A stretch of 64,000 nt of DNA from Lytechinus pictus (lineage: Eukaryota): positions 40,488,001 through 40,552,000 of the forward strand of contig NC_087251.1 of assembly GCF_037042905.1 (NCBI RefSeq), given 5' to 3'. This document shows, one piece after another, positions 1-11,826 of the stretch. Position 1 is the stretch's first letter, and the number at the start of each line of letters is the position of its first letter. Made by a program: the position numbers and the translations under genes. The notes under the pieces were generated by a model. It did not search any database. It was given only the letters and a program-made list of their open reading frames with translations, and had not been told where the DNA came from.

Positions 1-3000
1 CTAGGCATTTACAGTCAGTTAAGAAACATAACTAGGCATTTACAATCAGGTAAGAAACATCTAGACATTTACATTCAGGTAAGAAACATAACTAGACATT
101 TAAAATCAGGTAAGAAACATAGCTAAACATTTAAAATCAGGTAAGAAACATAACTAGGCATTTACAATCAGGTAAGAAACATAACTAGACATTTACAATC
201 AGGTAAGAAACGTAACTAGACATTTACAATCAGGTAAGAAACATAACTAGGCATTTACAATCAGGTAAGAAACATAACTAAACATTTACAGTCAGTTAAG
301 AAACATAACTAGGCAATTACAATCAGGTAAGAAACATCTAGACATTTACATTCAGGTAAGAAACATAACTAGACATTTAAAATCAGGTAAGAAACATAGC
401 TAAACATTTAAAATCAGGTAAGAAACATAACTAGGCATTTACAATCAGGTAAGAAACATAACTAGACATATACAATCAGGTAAGAAATGTAACTAGGCAT
501 TTACAATCAGGTAAGAAACATAACTAGGCATTTACAATCAGGTAAGAAACATAACTAGGCATTTACAATCAGGTAAGAAACATAACTAGGCATTTACAAT
601 CAGGTAAGAAACATCTAGACATTTACATTCAGGTAAGAAACATAACTAGACATTTAAAATCAGGTAATAAACATAGCTAAACATTTAAAATTAGGTAAGA
701 AACATAACTAGGCATTTACAGTCAGTTAAGAAACATAACTAGGCATTTACAATCAGGTAAGAAACATCTAGACATTTACATTCAGGTAAGAAACATAACT
801 AGACATTTAAAATCAGGTAAGAAACATAGCTAAACATTTAAAATCAGGTAAGAAACATAACTAGGCATTTACAATCAGGTAAGAAACATAACTAGACATT
901 TACAATCAGGTAAGAAACGTAACTAGACATTTACAATCAGGTAAGAAACATAACTAGGCATTTACAATCAGGTAAGAAACATAACTAAACATTTACAGTC
1001 AGTTAAGAAACATAACTAGGCATTTACAATCAGGTAAGAAACATCTAGACATTTACATTCAGGTAAGAAACATAACTAGACATTTAAAATCAGGTAAGAA
1101 ACATAACTAGACATTTAAAATCAGGTAAGAAACATAGCTAAACATTTAAAATCAGGTAAGAAACATAACTAGGCATTTACAATCAGGTAAGAAACATAAC
1201 TAGACATTTACAATCAGGTAAGAAACGTAACTAGACATTTACAATCAGGTAAGAAACATAACTAGGCATTTACAATCAGGTAAGAAACATAACTAAACAT
1301 TTACAGTCAGTTAAGAAACATAACTAGGCATTTACAATCAGGTAAGAAACATCTAGACATTTACATTCAGGTAAGAAACATAACTAGACATTTAAAATCA
1401 GGTAAGAAACATAGCTAAACATTTAAAATCAGGTAAGAAACATAACTAGGCATTTACAATCAGGTAAGAAACATAACTAGACATATACAATCAGGTAAGA
1501 AATGTAACTAGGCATTTACAATCAGGTAAGAAACATAACTAGGCATTTACAATCAGGTAAGAAACATAACTAGGCATTTACAATCAGGTAAGAAACATAA
1601 CTAGGCATTTACAATCAGGTAAGAAACATCTAGACATTTACATTCAGGTAAGAAACATAACTAGACATTTAAAATCAGGTAATAAACATAGCTAAACATT
1701 TAAAATTAGGTAAGAAACATAACTAGGCATTTACAGTCAGTTAAGAAACATAACTAGGCATTTACAATCAGGTAAGAAACATCTAGACATTTACATTCAG
1801 GTAAGAAACATAACTAGACATTTAAAATCAGGTAAGAAACATAGCTAAACATTTAAAATTAGGTAAGAAACATAACTAGGCATTTACAATCAGGTAAGAA
1901 ACATAACTAGACATTTACAATCAGGTAAGAAACGTAACTAGACATTTACAATCAGGTAAGAAACATAACTAGGCATTTACAATCAGGTAAGAAACATAAC
2001 TAAACATTTACAGTCAGTTAAGAAACATAACTAGGCATTTACAATCAGGTAAGAAACATCTAGACATTTACATTCAGGTAAGAAACATAACTAGACATTT
2101 AAAATCAGGTAAGAAACATAGCTAAACATTTAAAATCAGGTAAGAAACATAACTAGGCATTTACAATCAGGTAAGAAACATAACTAGACATTTACAATCA
2201 GGTAAGAAACATAACTAGGCATTTACAGTCAGTTAAGAAACATAACTAGGCATTTACAATCAGGTAAGAAACATAACTAGACATTTACATTCAGGTAAGA
2301 AACATAACTAGACATTTACATTCAGGTAAGAAACATAACTAGACATATACAATCAGGTAAGAAACGTAACTAGGCATTTACAATCAGGTAAGAAACATAA
2401 CTAGGCATTTACAATCAGGTAAGAAACATAACTAGGCATTTACAATCAGGTAAGAAACATAACTAGGCATTTACAATCAGGTAAGAAACATCTAGACATT
2501 TACATTCAGGTAAGAAACATAACTAGACATTTAAAATCAGGTAATAAACATAGCTAAACATTTAAAATCAGGTAAGAAACATAGCTAAACATTTAAAATC
2601 AGGTAAGAAACATAACTAGGCATTTACAATCAGGTAAGAAACGTAACTAAGCATTTACAATCAGGTAAGAAACATAACTAGACATTTACATTCAGGTAAT
2701 AAATATAACTATACATTTATAATCAGGTAAGAAACATAACGAGGCATTTACAATCAGGTAAGAAACATAACTAGGCATTTACAATCAGGTAAAAAACATA
2801 ACTAGGCATTTACAATCAGGTAAGAAACATAACTAGGCATTTACAATCAGGTAAGAAACATAACTAGACATTTACAATCAGGTAAGAAACATAACTAGGC
2901 ATTTACAATCAGGTAAGAAACATAACTAGGCATTTACAATCAGGTAAGAAACATAACTAGACACTTACAATCAGGTAAGAAACATAACTAGGCATTTACA

Positions 3001-3885
3001 ATCAGGTAAGAAACATCTAGACATTTACATTCAGGTAAGAAACATAACTAGTCATTTAAAATCAGGTAAGAAACATAACTAGACATTTACATTCAGGTAA
3101 GAAACATAACTAGACATTTTCAATCAGGTAAGAAACATAATTAGACATTTACATTCAGGTAAGAAACATAACTAGGCATTTACAATCAGGTAAGAAACAT
3201 AACTAGACATTTAAAATCAGGTAAGAAACATAACTAGACATTTACATTCAGGTAAAAAACATAACTAGACATTTACTATCAGGTAATAAACATAACTAGA
3301 CATTTACAATCAGGTAAGAAACATAACTAGACATTTACAATCAGGTAAGAAACATAACTAGACATTTCCAATCAGGTAAGAAACATAATTAGACATTTAC
3401 ATTCAGGTAAGAAACATAACTAGACATTTACAATCAGGTAAGGATCATAATTAGACATTTACATTCAGGTAAGAAACATAACTAGACATTTACAATCAGG
3501 TAAGAAACGTAACTAGACATTTACAATCAGGTAAGAAACATAACTAGGCATTTACAATCAGGTAAGAAACATAACTAGACATTTTCAATCAGGTAAGAAA
3601 CATAATTAGACATTTACATTCAGGTAAGAAACATAATTAGACATATACAGTCAGGTAAGAAACATAACTAGACATTTACAATCAGGTAAGAAACATAACT
3701 AGACATTTACAATCAGGTAAGAAACATAACTAGACATTTACAATCAGGTAAGAAACATACCTAGACATTTACAATCAGGTAAAAAGCATAACTAGACATT
3801 TATAATCAGGTAAGAAACATAACTAGACATTTACAATCAGGTAAGAAACATAACTAGACATTTACATTCAGGTAAGAAACATAAC
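1..3885 (+). repeat. 31-bp tandem satellite (consensus CTAG(G/A)CATTTACAATCAGGTAAGAAACATAA), ~125 units, continuing beyond window start; probably intronic in RCE1
   Basis: Unit read directly. 29-bp deletion variants (AAACATCTAG) and recurring variants (GTCAGTTAAG at 14, 291, 721, 998, 1306, 1736, 2013, 2228) show higher-order periodicity. Frequent TAA/TAG; no ORF in the track. Confidence 0.97.
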
Positions 3886-3978
3886 AATGCTTGCATTTAA
3901 TGAAATATTATATGGTTTAAAAATGTAACATTGTTTGTAAAGTCACCCAGTTTTGGCACATTCTAGAAATAATTGTGG

Positions 3979-4965
3979 TTTTTGTCTCACCTGCATAGCA
4001 GAGTGAGACTATAGGCGCCGCTTTTCCGACGGCGACGGCGACGGCGGCGGCGGCGACGGCGGCGGCGACGGCGGCGTCAACACCAAATCTTAACCTGAGG
4101 TTAAGTTTTTGAAATGACAGCATAACTTAGAAAGTATATGGACCTAGTTCATGAAACTTAGCCATAAGGTTAATCAAGTATTACTGAACATCCTGCCTGA
4201 GTTTCATGTCACATGACTAAGGTCAAAGGTCATTTAGGGTCAATGAACTTAGACCATGTTGGGGGAATCAACATCAAAATCTTAACCTAAGGTTAAGTTT
4301 TTGAAATGTCATCATAACTTAGAAAATATATGGACCTAGTTCATGAAACTTATACATAAGGTTAATCAAGTATCACTGAACATCCTGCATGAGTTTCACG
4401 TCACATGACCAAGGTCAAAGGTCATTTAGGGTCAATGAACTTTGGCCGAATTGGGGGTATCTGTTGAATTACCATCATAACTTTGAAAGTTTATGGATCT
4501 GATTCATGAAACTTGGACATAATAGTAATCAAGTATTACTGAACATCCTGTGCAAGTTTCAGGTCACATGATCAAGGTCAAAGGTCATTTAGGGTCAATG
4601 AACTTTGGCCAAATTGGGGTATTTGTTGAATTACAGCCATAAATTTGAAAGTGTGTTGGTCTAGTTCATAAAACTTGGACATAATAGTAATCAAGTATCA
4701 CTGAACATCCTGTGCGAGTTTCAGGTCACATGATCAAGGTCAAAGGTCATGTAAGGTCAAAGAACTTTGGCCACGTTGGGGGTATTTTTTTAATTGCCAT
4801 CATATCTCTATAAGTGTATTGGTCTAGTTCATAAAACGTGGAAATAAGAGTAACCAAGTATCACTGAACATCTTGTGCGAGTTATAGTAGTTTTCAAAAT
4901 CAGCACTGCTGCTATATTGAATCGCGTGATGCAGGTGAGACGGCCAGAGGCATTCCACTTGTTTT
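3979..4965 (+). mobile_element. Helentron-associated (HINE/DINE-1-like) non-autonomous element, apparently full length
   Basis: Subterminal inverted repeats GTCTCACCTGCAT (3984-3996) and ATGCAGGTGAGAC (4929-4941); short internal IR GTGAGAC (4003-4009); GGC/GAC microsatellite; ~162-190-bp internal tandem units; T-runs at both ends. Further copies occur in the window. Confidence 0.7.
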
Positions 4966-5134
4966 AGTGTATATTCGTGTTTCAGGTGGTCATTGCCATT
5001 AAAATTGCATATATAATCTATGAATATTTTGTTATTCCTTATGTTCAGGCAGCCAGCGACATGAAAGAATCCATAAAACTAGTATTGTTATAATTTGTTT
5101 ATTATTATACTTAATCTCTTTTTTGATCTTTCAG

Positions 5135-5215
5135 GGATTGTCACTATGCGAGCATTTGGGTGTACGAAGTCAAGGTCTTCTAGCTGCCATCACTGTGCCA
5201 TTAGTCTTAACTATG
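5135..5215 (+). CDS. RCE1: CAAX prenyl protease 2 internal exon (GLSLCEHLGVRSQGLLAAITVPLVLTM)
   Basis: tttcag/gtgag boundaries, 81 nt, phase 0-0; resembles RCE1 '[21 protein letters not shown]'. Confidence 0.88.
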
Positions 5216-5358
5216 GTGAGATACATAGTATATATTAAATGGAGGGATAAATTAAGAGAAAGACGGGAGCTATGTTCTTCTCACAGTTCATGAGTTATGA
5301 AATATTAGGAGGACAAAGATTATTATCACTCTGGAATATTCATGAATTTGGCCATTAA

Positions 5359-6927
5359 CCCTAAAAGGGCCGGGGGGCAAAATTTGCCCCCCCCCCCTCT
5401 ACATTTTTCATGATAATCCGCCACACAAAATTTTTCAACCGCGCCGCATGCCGACATTTTAATTTCAATATCTCGCACAACTTCTGAGACCAAATTTGCG
5501 ATTTCCCTGTTCACGCCACTTAGGGTGGCTTTTCTCATGGGTTACGCCATTTAGGGTTGCAAATTTAGTTAATGTAGTTACGCCATTTAGGGTGCATTTC
5601 TGATGTTGTCGGACATGGGTGGGTAGCAGTCCATGTGGAGAGTGACCCCTCCCCCCGGACCCAAAGCTGCTCAAAAACGTGAATTCATGTACAAATCCAA
5701 TGCAATGCAAATTGTGTATTTAGCCAAAATTTATAAATGTATCATTATTTCTACTTTTACTGATTAAACTTAATTAATTTTGTCGTGTTTATGATCAGAA
5801 TCAAGTCTGCAAAAAATTCCATTAAAAAAAAAACAATAAAAAAAGTTGAAAAACAGAGAAATAAATAAGAAAATTTAAAAACAATAAAATGCATTAAAAA
5901 AAAATTGTGATACCTAATAAAAAAACCAAAACATTTGATCAGGATCCTACAAAGAGTCTGTGAACAAAAATTAGCAGTTTTGGGGCCGTATGATAGTTGA
6001 TTAGAGCATGGACCTATGAAAGCTGGACATTCATCGGTTAGTTAATGAATTCACTAACATCTGACTGTCATTGTCATGTGAATAACATTCTCTTCATATT
6101 TATCTCCTGTGATACCATCATGGTCGCCGTCAATTAAACCATGAGTTACAGAAGCTTTCGGTGATTAGACATTTAACATTAGACAAATTGTATGCGCAGA
6201 AGGTAATAAATTACCTGAATTCTCGGAAATTAATGTGCAGTTCTGGTTTACAAATGGTTATCTTAGTTCCATGGTTTTTATTTGGAAAAATGTATGAATA
6301 TTTCAAGATAGAGGCTAAAATGAAATTGACTGATTGTAATTTATAATCAAATTTTAAAGATTTCCTCATAATATTCCAGAGAAACATGGTGGGTTTCTTG
6401 TAGGGGTCGTCCCCCTCTCGTTAGAAAAGTCATTATGAGTGTGCAGAAGCGTGCAAATCGATAATGATAAATTTGATATCACAAAAATCGTCTGCTTCTC
6501 AATTTGCTGTTCCAAATCTGAAACATCTTAATTGAAAGGTATAATCTGCTACAAGACATCAGCCAACAAACGGCAAACATAGCGAAACATTCCTTTGTGA
6601 AGATCAGATTCGCCTTGGTAGTCGCTATTGTCAAAGCACCTGTATGTTATCATTAATATGCACATAATCAGGAGACGGCGACTATGATTGCATCAAAAGA
6701 ATGATCGCGTTAATTGTCCATTTCTTATAGGTCCATGATTAGAGCAAATGTTTTAATTCATGCATAGATTTGCATAATTAATTCATTAAATGAAAAATCT
6801 TATTTAAAAAAATTAACCATACAGCCTTGTAGATTTTATTGCACACTAACACTTTGCAAATTTTCGCAGCACTCGTGCGATCGAAGGCTGAGATCTCAGG
6901 GGGGGGGCGGAATCCGGGTTTATAGGA
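5359..6927. mobile_element. piggyBac-like MITE containing a nested insertion
   Basis: TTAA at 5355-5358 and 6928-6931; ends CCCTAAAAGGGCCGG ... CCGGGTTTATAGGA (imperfect TIR). Confidence 0.6.
6007..6737. mobile_element. P-element-like MITE nested in the piggyBac-like element
   Basis: ~23-bp imperfect TIR CATGGACCTAT...ATAGGTCCATG; duplicated flank ATTAGAG (6000-6006, 6738-6744). TSD could be read as 7, 9 or 11 bp because the boundary is ambiguous. Confidence 0.65.
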
Positions 6928-7023
6928 TTAATAGGAGAAGAGTAGGCACAAGGGATGCATTTTTTGTCTATAAACTATTATAGGCGCCGCTTTTTTGACG
7001 GCGGTGTCAACATCAAATCTTAA

Positions 7024-7616
7024 AGGTCAAGTCCACCACAGAAAAAAGTTGATTTGAATAAGTAGAGAAAAATCAAACATGAATAACGCTGAAAACTTCA
7101 TCAAAATCGGATGTAAAATAAGAAAGTTATAACATTTTAAAGTTTTGCTCATTTTTCACAAAACAGTTCTATGCTCAACTCAGTGATATGCAAATGAGAG
7201 AGTCGATGATGTCACCCACTCACTATTTCTTTTGTTATTGTTTGAATAATACAATATTTCAATTTTTACGAATTCGACAATAAGGACCCCTTTGCTTGAA
7301 CCACAAAATGTTAAAATAATGGAATTAAATGTGTTCAGGGAGGAATGAAACTTTGTTTCACATGACAATGACGAGAAAATCAAAATATTTCATATAATAA
7401 AATACAAAAGAAATAGTGAGTGGATGATGTCATCGGTCCCCTCATTAGCATACCGACCAGGATGTGCATATAACTGTTTTAGTGAAATTAAGCGAAACTT
7501 TAAAATGTCATAACTTTCTTATTTTTCATTTGATTTTCATGAAATTTTCAGTGTTATGCTTGTTGGATTTTTCTCCTTTTGTTCAAATCAACGTTTTGTT
7601 GGGGTGGACTTGTCCT
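7024..7616. mobile_element. Kolobok-like MITE (~600 bp); abuts a 5' HINE fragment at ~6960-7020
   Basis: TTAA on both sides (7020-7023, 7617-7620), AGG...CCT termini, long imperfect TIRs; multiple family copies in window. Confidence 0.8.
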
Positions 7617-7965
7617 TTAAACTATATGGTGTGATTCAGAGAGATGGGGGGTGTAATATTAAGTAGGTGGTATTTGTATGGAGAGCTTGAACATAATTAA
7701 GACTACCTTATGAGTACAGTATGAACATCCATGTGCTGAAACTGACAATGCTATCCCCAATGGCATAAAGAGATACATTTAATTTAGAACTGAAATCTGA
7801 ATTAATTTATTTTATCCTATTCTAATACCCTGTTGTAGAAGAAAATGTTGTTTCACCAATTACCTAAACATTAGAAAGTGAGAGATTTATGATTTAATGA
7901 TCCTCGTAATGACAACTATAATCGAAAATAAGATTAAACAAAACATTTATTCTGAGCACATGGTC

Positions 7966-10900
7966 TATGAGGCGCCGAATGTACCATTATTATATAGAAC
8001 AATTATTTGTTATATAATCATTATTTATTAAATAATAACTATTATTTATATATAATTAACATTTTATTTGTAAATAACTACTATTATATAAAATATCATT
8101 TCTAATTATTTATATATAATTCCAAGTAATACTTCATTATTTGTAAATAATAATAGTTCGACATTCCATTATTTATAAATAATGATTATTTGTTTTTCAT
8201 TATTTATAAATAATGATTATTTGTTTTTCATTATTTATAAATAATGATTATTTGTTTTTCATTATTTATAAATAATGATTATTTGTTTTTCATTATTTAT
8301 AAATAATGATTATTTGTTTTTCATTATTTACAAATAATGATTATTTGTTTTTCATTATTTATAAATAATTTGTTGAGTTTTCCATTATTTATAAATAATG
8401 ATTATTTGTTAAATAATGAAAACGTCTACTTCATTATTTATAAATAATTTTTTCGAGTGCACCATTATTCTCATTATTTATAAATAATCATTATTTAATG
8501 TTCGAGTTTTCCATTATTTATAAATAAAGATTATTTGTTAAATAATGAAATATCTACTTCATTATTTATAAAGAATAATTTTGTTTCAATATCCCATTAT
8601 TTATAAATAATCATTATTTATAAACAATTTTTACAGTTTGCCATTATATACAAATAATCATTATTTATATACAAATAACCATTATTTATTAAATAATGCC
8701 ATTATTTATTAAATAATGCCATTATTTATTAAATAATGGAAAACTCGCTATAACATGCAAATGTGGGACCGCCCATGATATGAATATTCATGATGCGATT
8801 TCCTTTTTCGTGATTTTTCTTCACAAATTTTTGTCCATTTCCTCTTCATAATGACATTTCTTGAAGCAATTTTCTAGGGATATGGTCTGATTGTAATATT
8901 CTTCATTTTCTATATAACTTCGTCTTCGTAGAAATATCAAAAAGTGTAATTTTATACGATTTTTCCTACAGTTCACAATCCCCATAGGCGCGCGTGTACG
9001 GTAGGGACAACCGGTGAATCGACGGAGTGCTCTTCATCGAAATACTACGTTGGTTGGTCCCCGGAAGTGGCGGGCGGAATTTAGCCCGAATCCTCGATGG
9101 AAGTCGATCAAGTGCATATGAGCTGAGAGAGTGAAATATCAGTGTACTTGTACAGGCCCTTCTACTTTTTATAAATATTTCTTGTTGCTTTTTTTGTTAA
9201 GTTAATTTTTCCTGGTGTAGAGATAAGTTTCAGTTCTAATAATGCACTTCAAATACATTTTGGAGTGTCTGTTTGAGGCGTTTGGGGCGATTTCACCCTG
9301 GCCCCAAAATGCTCGCAACGACAATACGGGGGCATGATGACCCCTAAATTTTTAAAAACTTATTTTTCTATTGAAAATTATCACAAAATTCACCAAAAGT
9401 GTGCACGAAAGCCTTCGTATTTCACTTTTAAAACTCCAAAAAGTGCCCAAATGACAAGCTTGGTCGCTTCGCTGTGTCGCTTTCAACTTGAGAACGTTTA
9501 CGCGTCTGCTCCCCCCCCCTCCTCCGAAAGAAATTCTGTATACGGCCATGCTCTAAAGAGCCTGGCACATTGATTTATGTATACTTTCATTTTCATTATT
9601 TTTATCTCATTATCAACATGGCCTTACGCAGAATTTTTTCCAGGGGGGCCGGGGCCGGAGCATGACGCGCGTAAACTTTCTCAAAAAAATCTTGAAAGCG
9701 AGACAGCCACGGGACCATGTAAACCCAAATGACAAGCTTTGTCGCTTCGCTGTCTCGCTTTCAACTTGAGAACGTTTACACGCGTCTGCCCCCACCCCCC
9801 GAAAGAAATTCTGTGAACAGCCATGCTCAAAAGAGCATATGGCACATTGATTTATATGTACTTTTCATTTTCATTATTTTTATCACATTATCATCATGGC
9901 CTTACACAGAATTTTTACCGGGGGGGGGGGGGGCAGCTAGGACGCGCGTAAAGTTTCTCAAAAAAATCTTGAAAGCGAGACAGCGACGCGACCAAGCTCA
10001 AATGACAAGCTTGGTCGCTTCGCTTTCTCAAGATTTTTATGAGAAAGTTTACGCGCGTCCTGCTCCGCGCCCCCCACCCCCCCCCCCCCCGGAAAAAATT
10101 CTGCGTAAGGCCATGATGATAATGAGATAAAAATAATGAAAATGAAGTATACATAAATCAATGTGCCAGGCTCTTTAGAGCATGGCCGTATACAGAATTT
10201 CTTTCGGAGGAGGGGGGGGGGGGAAGCAGACGCGTAAACGTTCTCAAGTTGAAAGCGACACAGCGAAGCGACCAAGCTTGTCATTTGGGCACTTTTTGGA
10301 GTTTTAAAAGTGAAATACGAAGGCTTTCGTGCACACTTTTGGTGAATTTTGTGATAATTTTCAATAGAAAAATAAGTTTTTAAAAAATTAGGGGTCATCA
10401 TGCCCCCGTATTGTCGTTGCGAGCATTTTGGGGCCAGGGTGAAATCGCCCCAAACGCCTCAAACAGACACTCCAAAATGTATTTGAAGTGCATTATTAGA
10501 ACTGAAACTTATTTCTACACCAGGAAAAATTAACTTAACATTAACAAAAAAAGCAACAAGAAATATTTATAAAAAGTAGAAGGGCCTGTACAAGTACACT
10601 GATATTTCACTCTCTCAGCTCATATGCACTTGATCGACTTCCATCGAGGATTCGGGCTAAATTCCGCCCGCCACTTCCGGGGACCAACCAACGTAGTATT
10701 TCGATGAAGAGCACTCCGTCGATTCACCGGTTGTCCCTACCGTACACGCGCGCCTATGGGGATTGTGAACTGTAGGAAAAATCGTATAAAATTACACTTT
10801 TTGATATTTCTACGAAGACGAAGTTATATAGAAAATGAAGAATATTACAATCAGACCATATCCCTAGAAAATTGCTTCAAGAAATGTCATTATGAAGAGG

Positions 10901-11826
10901 AAATGGACAAAAATTTGTGAAGAAAAATCACGAAAAAGGAAATCGCATCATGAATATTCATATCATGGGCGGTCCCATATTTGCATGTTATAGCGAGTTT
11001 TCCATTATTTAATAAATAATGGCATTATTTAATAAATAATGGCATTATTTAATAAATAATGGCATTATTTAATAAATAATGGTTATTTGTATATCAATAA
11101 TGATTATTTGTATATAATGGCAAACTGTAAAAATTGTTTATAAATAATGATTATTTATAAATAATGGGATATTGAAACAAAATTATTATTTATAAATAAT
11201 GAAGTAGATATTTCATTATTTAACAAATAATCTTTATTTATAAATAATGGAAAACTCGAACATTAAATAATGATTATTTATAAATAATGAGAATAATGGT
11301 GCACTCGAAAAAATTATTTATAAATAATGAAGTAGACGTTTTCATTATTTAACAAATAATCATTATTTATAAATAATGGAAAACTCAACAAATTATTTAT
11401 AAATAATGAAAAACAAATAATCATTATTTATAAATAATGAAAAACAAATAATCATTATTTGTAAATAATGAAAAACAAATAATCATTATTTATAAATAAT
11501 GAAAAACAAATAATCATTATTTATAAATAATGAAAAACAAATAATCATTATTTATAAATAATGAAAAACAAATAATCATTATTTATAAATAATGAAAAAC
11601 AAATAATCATTATTTATAAATAATGGAATGTCGAACTATTATTATTTACAAATAATGAAGTATTACTTGGAATTATATATAAATAATTAGAAATGATATT
11701 TTATATAATAGTAGTTATTTACAAATAAAATGTAAATTATATATAAATAATAGTTATTATTTAATAAATAATGATTATATAACAAATAATTGTTCTATAT
11801 AATATTGGTACATTCGGCGCCTCATA
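7966..11826. mobile_element. Foldback-type non-autonomous DNA transposon, 3861 bp, with ~1.75-kb near-identical inverted arms and IS3EU-like ends
   Basis: Termini TATGAGGCGCCGAATGTACC / GGTACATTCGGCGCCTCATA; exact 6-bp TSD ATGGTC (7960-7965, 11827-11832); arms ~7966-9700 and ~10020-11826; no transposase ORF. Confidence 0.9.

Noticed and set aside
1..3885. CRISPR-like array or repetitive coding sequence
   Set aside because: Units are contiguous with no unique spacers, there are no cas genes, the context is eukaryotic and stops are frequent.
3917..4123. Ala-rich 68-aa ORF
   Set aside because: Translation of the GGC/GAC microsatellite in the HINE-like element.
9334..10401. Mirror-image ORFs (MMTPK/NFLKTY...) on both strands
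   Set aside because: By-products of the inverted arms with G/C homopolymers; no recognisable domain.
7966..11826. Polinton/Maverick derivative (also 6-bp TSD and long TIRs)
   Set aside because: Termini are TAT..ATA rather than the usual AG..CT and no viral-type genes are present. Disfavoured, not excluded.
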